The notes below the pieces were generated by a model. It was not told the DNA's origin and made no database searches. It was given only the letters and a program-made list of their open reading frames with translations. DNA of 32,000 nucleotides from Candidatus Omnitrophota bacterium (GTDB taxonomy: Bacteria; Omnitrophota; Gorgyraeia; Zapsychrales; JANLHA01), in contig OY759724.1 of NCBI GenBank assembly GCA_963662715.1, positions 630,001 through 662,000 of the forward strand, read 5' to 3'. Shown here piece after piece: positions 26,746 to 32,000 of the stretch (positions are counted from its first letter, which is position 1; each line of letters opens with the position of its first letter). The position numbers were made by a program, and so were the translations under genes.

Positions 26746-27738
26746 TTATTTCAGCTCCAAAGCCTGCATCATGCGGATATTGTAATAACGGTTATCTTCC
26801 ATCGGCGCAGGGATTTTCCCGTCCGCAAATGCTCTTTTCAGATCAGAGCAGGCCTCTTCAATGCTGTGTCTCGGGGCAAATCCTAATTCTGTTAATATCT
26901 TCCGCGAAGAAATTTTGTACGACCGGTTGTCATCGGTAGGAACATGTTCGATATCAACCTGATCATTCCCGACGGCCTTCTTGACAATATCGGCAATCTC
27001 GTCAACCGAATAATTCTGATACCCGACATTATAGATCTTTCCGGCAATCTTTTCTTTCGGGAATTGCAGCGTCTGAACGTATAGATCCGTAATATCTTCA
27101 ATATGGATATTCGGCCTTTTTTGCCGCCCGCCAAAGACTTTAATACGCCCGTTGTTCACGGCATGATTCGTTAAGATGTTAACCGTCAGGTCCAGCCGCA
27201 GACGGGGAGAGAAGCCGCACACCGTAGCCGGCCTTAAAATCAGGATGGTAAAATCGTCATCCTGCCGGGTTAAAAGATACTCTTCACACAAAGCCTTGTA
27301 TTTGGAATAATCCGTTAAAGGTTCCAGAGCTAGGTCTTCCGTGACCTCCGGCTCCTTTTTAATACCGTAAACGCTTGAACTCGACGCAAATATAAAACGC
27401 TGCACCCCGGCTTTCTTAGCGATATCCACCAGACTCAGAAAAGCGTCATAATTGACGGATTTCCCTAAATCAGGGTTCAGTTCATAACTCGGGTCGTTGG
27501 AAATGCAGGCCAGATGAATGACGGCGTCAGAGCCGGGGATTTCCCGTGCCAGCAAATTCTGGTCACGGATATCCCCCTTAATCTGCGTTAACCCGGGATG
27601 ATCCTTAACGCTGTCGAGGACATGCTCCCCATAAATAAACCAGTCCAGAACTTTAACCTGGTACCCCTGGGAAAGAAGCTTGGGGATTAGAACCGAACCG
27701 ACGTAACCGGCCCCGCCTGTAACAAAAATATTCTTCAT
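26746..27738 (-). CDS. Extended-SDR NAD-dependent sugar epimerase/dehydratase
   Basis: It has IFVTGGAGYVGS (GxxGxxG) at the N terminus and YSKYK (YxxxK). It is 330 aa, with an ATGA start/stop overlap to the upstream GT9 gene. Confidence 0.85.
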   Translation of the reverse strand: MKNIFVTGGAGYVGSVLIPKLLSQGYQVKVLDWFIYGEHVLDSVKDHPGLTQIKGDIRDQNLLAREIPGSDAVIHLACISNDPSYELNPDLGKSVNYDAFLSLVDIAKKAGVQRFIFASSSSVYGIKKEPEVTEDLALEPLTDYSKYKALCEEYLLTRQDDDFTILILRPATVCGFSPRLRLDLTVNILTNHAVNNGRIKVFGGRQKRPNIHIEDITDLYVQTLQFPKEKIAGKIYNVGYQNYSVDEIADIVKKAVGNDQVDIEHVPTDDNRSYKISSRKILTELGFAPRHSIEEACSDLKRAFADGKIPAPMEDNRYYNIRMMQALELK

Positions 27739-28664
27739 GACAACAGTCTCTCACAAGTAGATGCGACAACCGCAGGCGAAATTTCATCCATACAAAAATC
27801 CTTATGTTTGCAGTACGGCAGATAACAGGGGCGGAAGGGACATTTCAGCGGAGAAGGGATCACGGTGACATTATGAATCTTTCGCATACGGTGATCATTC
27901 GTCGGGCCGAATAACGACACAACGTTTTTGCCCAAAGCCTGTCCGATGGCCTGCCCCAGAGAATCCGACGTCACCAGAATACGGCACTGCCCGATCCATT
28001 CCGTATAGCGTCTTAAATCCCTATGCCCTTTCTGCCAGGAGATCCGGTACTTCTTTCCCAACAGTTTCTCCAGCTTCTGCCAATGCTTTTTCGGCCATGC
28101 TTTTGTGGGCCATTTGGACCCCACAGCATAGTTAAAACCGACATCGTATCTTTCCCGCACCTTTCCGTTGGGCGGCAGAATCGGCCCCTGGCCCTCCCAG
28201 TTCTGTTCTACGGTCTCGGCCAGAATTTCAAGAAAAGATTTATTAATATGCCGGTGGTTCTCCTGCCCGGCCAGCAAATATTGATCGATCTTCCTGCGCG
28301 TTGAGATGGAGTAGGAACGTTCGTTAAAATAAAACCCGTATTTTTTTTTCGCTTTAACGTTGCTTAAGAACGTGCATATCCCGATATCCTTCTCCAGATT
28401 GACCATTATATCATACGATGATCCGCTTACTTGGTTTAAAGTCCTGGGGCCGAAAAAAAGCAGTTCGTGAATCATGGGATTGCCCTGCAACAGCCAGCGG
28501 GCTTCCCAGGAGGTCACCCACGTCACCCGGTCGTCCTGGAAATAATGCAAAAGCGCCGTACACATCAAAACGTCCCCCAGGCTCACGGTGATGGAAATGC
28601 CGCGGTCGAGAAGCTCGGAAAAACCGGTCTTTATGACAAGAATATTTCTTTTATTCCTTTTCAT
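27735..28664 (-). CDS. Family 9 glycosyltransferase (heptosyltransferase-like, GT-B fold)
   Basis: The N terminus is NILVIKTGFSELLDRGISITVSLGDVLMCTALL. The C-terminal donor-binding motif ILVTSDSLGQAIGQALGKNVVSLFGPTND matches the GT9 pattern (..nDsGp.HlA.AlG.p.v.lFGpT.p). The track ORF starts at TTG 28691, and I prefer the ATG at 28664. The start is uncertain. Confidence 0.7.
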   Translation of the reverse strand: MKRNKRNILVIKTGFSELLDRGISITVSLGDVLMCTALLHYFQDDRVTWVTSWEARWLLQGNPMIHELLFFGPRTLNQVSGSSYDIMVNLEKDIGICTFLSNVKAKKKYGFYFNERSYSISTRRKIDQYLLAGQENHRHINKSFLEILAETVEQNWEGQGPILPPNGKVRERYDVGFNYAVGSKWPTKAWPKKHWQKLEKLLGKKYRISWQKGHRDLRRYTEWIGQCRILVTSDSLGQAIGQALGKNVVSLFGPTNDHRMRKIHNVTVIPSPLKCPFRPCYLPYCKHKDFCMDEISPAVVASTCERLLS

Positions 28665-29553
28665 ATCGAATATCAACAGACGTGTAGCCAAAATTCTGCA
28701 GGTGATTCGTTTTGACTTTTATATCACACGGGCTGCAGAGGCCGAAGAAAGAACAGGGCCTGTGTTTATGTTCCAGGCAAAGATCTTCGTCCAGGATGTG
28801 CCCCAAAGCCAGGGAGGTCCGGCCCGCGTATAAATCCGAATGGCATTTGTAAATATGCCCGCCAGGCCCAAAAGGAAAAACCGTATTCCTGCACCACACT
28901 TTCCTGTGTTCTGCCGGGGATCCCTGGCAAGCCTCAGGATATTTATACTGTCCATACAGATGTCCGTCATATTCACCCAGGAATGCCTTAGTACGGAACT
29001 CCACGCCTTCTTTCCGGGCCAAGTTCCGGATCTCTTCGATTAAAGATGAATAAGCCGGGTGATCGATATGATAAAGACCGATGCTAAGGCCGCACTCTTC
29101 CTGCAGTTCTTTAATACGCCGGATCAGGCAACGGAAATCATTCTGGCCCTGATGAAAACTGACCCGTATTGTCGGATACGGAGCCGGCCTTTTGTTCCAA
29201 TTCAGATGAGTCAGCTTTTTAAATTGCTCCACCGTCAGAGACGGCGGCAAGGCGGTCAGGATATCCACCTTATGCTGCAGCTGTTCCAGCAATTCCCAAA
29301 TACCCTTGTAAAGAAAAGGTTCGCCTCCTTGCAGGGTCAACGGGACACCGGCCGGGAGTTTCAGACGGTTCAATCCCTGAATCCATAATTGCGGGGATAA
29401 TTCAGAAAAAGAACTGTCATTAATAAACGGCTGATTTAAATTTGTTATGCAATAGGAACACCTAAGGAAACAGCGGTTCGTGAGATAAATCCCGATATAA
29501 TCCGTATCCTGAGGGAGACAGATGGCAGATAAAACTTTTTCAGCTATTGGCAT
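28651..29553 (-). CDS. Radical SAM enzyme with a SPASM-like C-terminal Cys cluster; first gene of the operon
   Basis: It has the LTNRCFLRCSYCI cluster, LQGGEPFL, and the C-terminal CRNTVFPFGPGGHIYKC (CX10GX4C) followed by CLEHKHRPCSFFGLCSPC. There is no SD before the ATG. Confidence 0.75.
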   Translation of the reverse strand: MPIAEKVLSAICLPQDTDYIGIYLTNRCFLRCSYCITNLNQPFINDSSFSELSPQLWIQGLNRLKLPAGVPLTLQGGEPFLYKGIWELLEQLQHKVDILTALPPSLTVEQFKKLTHLNWNKRPAPYPTIRVSFHQGQNDFRCLIRRIKELQEECGLSIGLYHIDHPAYSSLIEEIRNLARKEGVEFRTKAFLGEYDGHLYGQYKYPEACQGSPAEHRKVWCRNTVFPFGPGGHIYKCHSDLYAGRTSLALGHILDEDLCLEHKHRPCSFFGLCSPCDIKVKTNHLQNFGYTSVDIRYEKE

Positions 29554-29784
29554 AGTACGAATATCAGCTTGACTGTTTATATATTAAATATTATTTTTCA
29601 CTTGGTTCATGAAAGAAGCATGCCGGACAGGGCATATCTTTATCACAAGGGAAGATGATGCCTCCTGAATCACGCAACCCCGGACTCTCCCCCCTCAGGA
29701 GTCGGACAGCCCCCGACAAAAGCCTGGACGGCGCACCGATGGACGCCTTGACAAATCCTCTAAATATTTCTTTATAATATGTGT

Positions 29785-29813
29785 ATTATATAAAATAAAA
29801 ATAACGAAAGCAA
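29785..29813 (-). promoter_or_regulatory. Sigma70-type promoter candidate for the 27-gene operon
   Basis: On the minus strand, TTGCTT (29808-29813) is followed by a 17-nt spacer and then TATAAT (29785-29790). This predicts a TSS near 29778 and a ~225-nt leader. The local context is AT-rich, so a chance match is possible. Confidence 0.4.
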
Positions 29814-29914
29814 TAAAAGGAAGGATATTTTACCGCAAAGAATCCGCCTCTCAGGAGACGGCTGGTTTGGCCCAAAAACGCCCGGCCGCCAGCCGGGAGA
29901 AACATTTTTTCATT

Positions 29915-29959
29915 CACACAAAAAACAGCCGGGAAGACAGGAAGGGAGTCTTTCCGGCT
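29915..29959 (-). terminator. Rho-independent terminator of the coiled-coil gene
   Basis: It lies 29 nt after the stop codon at 29988. On the minus strand, a 12-bp stem (29948-29959 pairing with 29927-29938, one C/A mismatch) encloses a 9-nt loop. It is followed by G TTTTT GTGTG (29915-29926). Confidence 0.7.
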
Positions 29960-29987
29960 GATGACGGTCCTAAGGACATTTAAAAAA

Positions 29988-31937
29988 TTAACGCCGTTCT
30001 TTAATAAGCTGTTTAAGTTCTGTCTGCCGTTTCTGATACTCTTCAATACGTTTATTCAAAATTTCTTCTTCCTGCTTATAGAAGTCCAACAAACGTTTAC
30101 CGAAATCTGCCTTCTCTTTTTCAAGCTGTTCCTGGAGCTTCCGGTTTTCTCTCTCTTGTTCGTTCGTCAATGATTCCAGGGTGGACTGCTCTTTTTGCAG
30201 CGCAGAGAATTCTTCTTTAAGATTATTGCTCAACGCTTTCAATTCCGCCATCCGGTCCTCTCTCGCTTCTTTCTCTTGTTCTAAGTCATTCAATTCTTGC
30301 GTAATACGCCTGTTTTCGGCCTGCTGATGTTTATACAACTCCTCCAAATCATCGTATTCCGCTTTGGCCTCATCAAATTCCTTGATCAATTTCTGCAGTT
30401 TCTTATTTTCTTCCTCCTGGTCTTTGGCCAGGGTTTCCAGTTCGACCTTCTCTTTCTGCAAAGAGCCGTATTCCTCTTTCAACATCTTATTAAGGTCCTT
30501 CAATTGATCTGTGCGGGACTGTTTTTCTTCTTTCTCCTTCTCCAACGACGCCAATTCCGTCCTGATACGTTTATTCTCCGCCTGCTGCTCAATAAACAAT
30601 TTTTCCAGACCATCATATTCGGCTTTGGCCTGCTCAAACTCTTTTATGACCTTTTGCAGCTTTTTATTCTCTTCCTCCTGATCTTTCGCCATCGTTTCCA
30701 GTTCGACCTTTTCTTTCTTCAAGGAAACATACTCCTCTTTCATCATCTTATTCAAATCCTTAAGTTCATCCATACGCTGCTGTTTTTCGCTCTTCTCTTC
30801 CTCCAGCCCCGCCAGCTGATCCTTGATACGCTTGTTATCCTGTTGCTGTTGCTCAAACAACACTTCCAGTTCCTCGTACTTCACCTGGGCCTTTTCAAAT
30901 TCTTTTATCAACTTTTTAAGTTTCTTGCTTTCCTCTTCCTGAGCCTTGGTCAAAGACTCCAGCTCGACATTCTCCTTTTGCAAAGATGAATATTCCTCTT
31001 TTAAGGCCTTATTAACTTCCGTGATCTCATCCATCCGCGACTGCTTTTCTTTCTTTTCGGTCTCCATCTTGTTCAGCTTTTCCGACAACTTATCATTATC
31101 TTTCTGCTGTTCCTGAAACAGGGCTTCCATTTCATTATAATCCGCCTGCACCTTTTCAAATTCAGCGATCAGCCTTTCATATTTCTCCTTTTCGCTTTCC
31201 TTCTTCTTGGCTAAAGCTTCAATCTCCATATTTTCACTCCGCAGGCCTTCATATTCTTCCTTCAACCGGGTATTAATCGTCGTTAATTCACTGACACGTT
31301 CCTGCTTTTTGCTTGTCTCCGACTCCAGATCTTCCATCTTCGTCTGCAAGGCTTCGTTCTCAGACTGCTGTTTCTCAAAGGACGACTCCAGGTCTTTATA
31401 ATCCTTTTCCGCCTGTTCATACTGCTTCACGAGTTCCAGGTTGGTCTCCTCCAGCTGAGTATTCTTCTCCTCCTGCAGCCGGATCTCCTCCTCCTGCTGG
31501 ACAATCCTGTCCCGCAAAAGATTATTCTCCTCCTGCTGCCGGACAAACATATCCTGGAGCTCATCATATTCATTTTGCCGTTTTTGAAAATCAGCCAGAA
31601 CCTGTTTATTCAGATGTTTCAACTCCAGAATTTTTTCCTTAAGATCATCGTTCAACTGCTCCTGGGACTTCATTTTATTTTTCAAGACTTTGTATTCTTC
31701 TTTCAAATACTGCTTGTTCTTTTTAAGTTTCATATTCTCTATGGCCTGCTTTTCATTTTCTTCAACACGCTTTTCATTATATTCTTTATGGACGTGGCTG
31801 TAGGGGCGCAACTGCCATTCATACAAATCCTTCTCTGCTGCCTGAACCGAAGGGCTGTACGCGCACCAAGTTATCAAGAATAAAAACACCCATGAGGCCA
31901 ATAACCTTCTTAATTGCCGTTCTGTTGCTTTAGTCAT
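29988..31937 (-). CDS. Secreted or periplasmic E/K/Q-rich coiled-coil protein made of tandem 87-aa repeats; function unknown
   Basis: The preferred start is the ATG at 31935-31937, because GAGGAG lies 6 nt upstream. The track start at 31991 has no SD. The N terminus MTKATERQLRRLLASWVFLFLITWCAYSPSVQA/AEKD looks like a Sec signal peptide with an AxA site. The rest is heptad-like and charge-rich, with about 5 well-conserved repeats plus degenerate ones. Confidence 0.85.
   Translation of the reverse strand: MTKATERQLRRLLASWVFLFLITWCAYSPSVQAAEKDLYEWQLRPYSHVHKEYNEKRVEENEKQAIENMKLKKNKQYLKEEYKVLKNKMKSQEQLNDDLKEKILELKHLNKQVLADFQKRQNEYDELQDMFVRQQEENNLLRDRIVQQEEEIRLQEEKNTQLEETNLELVKQYEQAEKDYKDLESSFEKQQSENEALQTKMEDLESETSKKQERVSELTTINTRLKEEYEGLRSENMEIEALAKKKESEKEKYERLIAEFEKVQADYNEMEALFQEQQKDNDKLSEKLNKMETEKKEKQSRMDEITEVNKALKEEYSSLQKENVELESLTKAQEEESKKLKKLIKEFEKAQVKYEELEVLFEQQQQDNKRIKDQLAGLEEEKSEKQQRMDELKDLNKMMKEEYVSLKKEKVELETMAKDQEEENKKLQKVIKEFEQAKAEYDGLEKLFIEQQAENKRIRTELASLEKEKEEKQSRTDQLKDLNKMLKEEYGSLQKEKVELETLAKDQEEENKKLQKLIKEFDEAKAEYDDLEELYKHQQAENRRITQELNDLEQEKEAREDRMAELKALSNNLKEEFSALQKEQSTLESLTNEQERENRKLQEQLEKEKADFGKRLLDFYKQEEEILNKRIEEYQKRQTELKQLIKERR
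30075..31425. repeat. In-frame tandem DNA repeat with a 261-bp period (5 clear copies plus degenerate flanking copies) inside the coiled-coil gene
   Basis: The related strings gattccagggtggac, gtttccagttcgacc, gtttccagttcgacc, gactccagctcgaca and gcttcaatctccata start at 30172, 30433, 30694, 30955 and 31216. That is exactly 261 bp apart each time. The protein units follow the pattern LKEEY.SLQKE.VELE.LAK.QEEE.KKL.K.IKEFE.A.A.Y..LE.LF..QQ..N.RI...L..LE.EK.EKQ.R.D.L..LN. Confidence 0.9.
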
Positions 31938-32000
31938 ACGATTCTCCTCAATTAACGTTTTAGTTAGGAAAGACATATTAATAGTATTCAATAAAACAAA

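Noticed and set aside
29748-29778. A plus-strand TTGACA (29748-29753) ... TATAAT (29773-29778) promoter-like pair facing the minus-strand promoter. It could drive a ~125-nt sRNA ending near the CCCGGC/GCCGGG hairpin (29881-29897) and the T-run at 29905-29910.
   Set aside because: The spacer is 19 nt and the region is AT-rich, so a chance match is likely. The putative terminator stem is only 6 bp and sits 7 nt from the T-tract. No plus-strand gene follows. It is worth a look only if RNA-seq shows a plus-strand transcript here.
29554-29780. An attempt to assign the operon leader to a known riboswitch class (THI-box, B12-box, SAM-I core, c-di-GMP).
   Set aside because: I could not find the conserved core sequences by eye. 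For example, there is no ACCTGA..GG.TAATGCC.GCG-type THI element and no B12-box-like motif. The leader is therefore reported only as an unclassified structured leader.
29786-30046. An 86-aa minus-strand ORF spanning the coiled-coil gene's stop, its terminator and the promoter region.
   Set aside because: It overlaps the 3' end of the coiled-coil gene out of frame and runs through the terminator hairpin. It has no SD and an implausible composition.
30297-30989. A 230-aa plus-strand ORF (L/F/Q-rich) and ORFs 31313-31642 and 31575-31883, all opposite the coiled-coil gene.
   Set aside because: These are artefacts of reading the antisense of repetitive GAA/AAG/CAG-rich codons, which are stop-poor. 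The periodic sequence simply mirrors the 261-bp repeat on the other strand.
1-32000. A search for mobile elements, CRISPR arrays, tRNA/rRNA genes, prophage or defence-system genes (nucleases, helicases, toxins).
   Set aside because: None of the 28 well-supported proteins shows transposase, integrase, Cas, nuclease or ATPase motifs. Apart from the intragenic 261-bp repeat, there are no direct-repeat or spacer arrays and no terminal inverted repeats.

Overview
Nearly the whole window is one minus-strand transcription block. No tRNA/rRNA genes, CRISPR arrays, transposases or integrases were seen.

**Upstream gene (29988-31937).** At the right end there is a stand-alone gene for a secreted, very E/K-rich coiled-coil protein. 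It is built from 87-aa (261-bp) tandem repeats and has its own intrinsic terminator.

**The operon (29553 to the left window edge).** A 434-bp non-coding region with a sigma70-like promoter and a GC-rich structured leader comes next. After it, 27 co-directional genes are tightly packed or overlapping and run off the left edge.

- Seven radical SAM enzymes: two have N-terminal B12-binding-type domains, and five carry a SPASM/twitch-type CX9-15GX4C motif.
- Three independent thiamine-diphosphate (ThDP) enzyme systems: a split transketolase, an acetolactate-synthase/YerE-like enzyme, and an E1 alpha/beta pair with no E2/E3.
- Tailoring enzymes: three SDR reductases, one extended-SDR epimerase/dehydratase, two class I methyltransferases, and a PHP phosphoesterase fused to a Cys-rich zinc-ribbon tail.
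- Transfer and membrane components: a GT2 and a GT9 glycosyltransferase, a membrane-anchored TPR protein, three large polytopic membrane proteins (one YfhO-like, one PMT/ArnT-like) and a tandem pair of small paralogous membrane proteins.

**Interpretation (inference).** This looks like an uncharacterised pathway that builds a heavily C-modified sugar or polyol and transfers it to an envelope polymer through a lipid-linked, extracytoplasmic GT-C route. I do not recognise it as any characterised locus.

**Limits.** All functional calls rest on motifs read by eye from the translations. No database search was possible.
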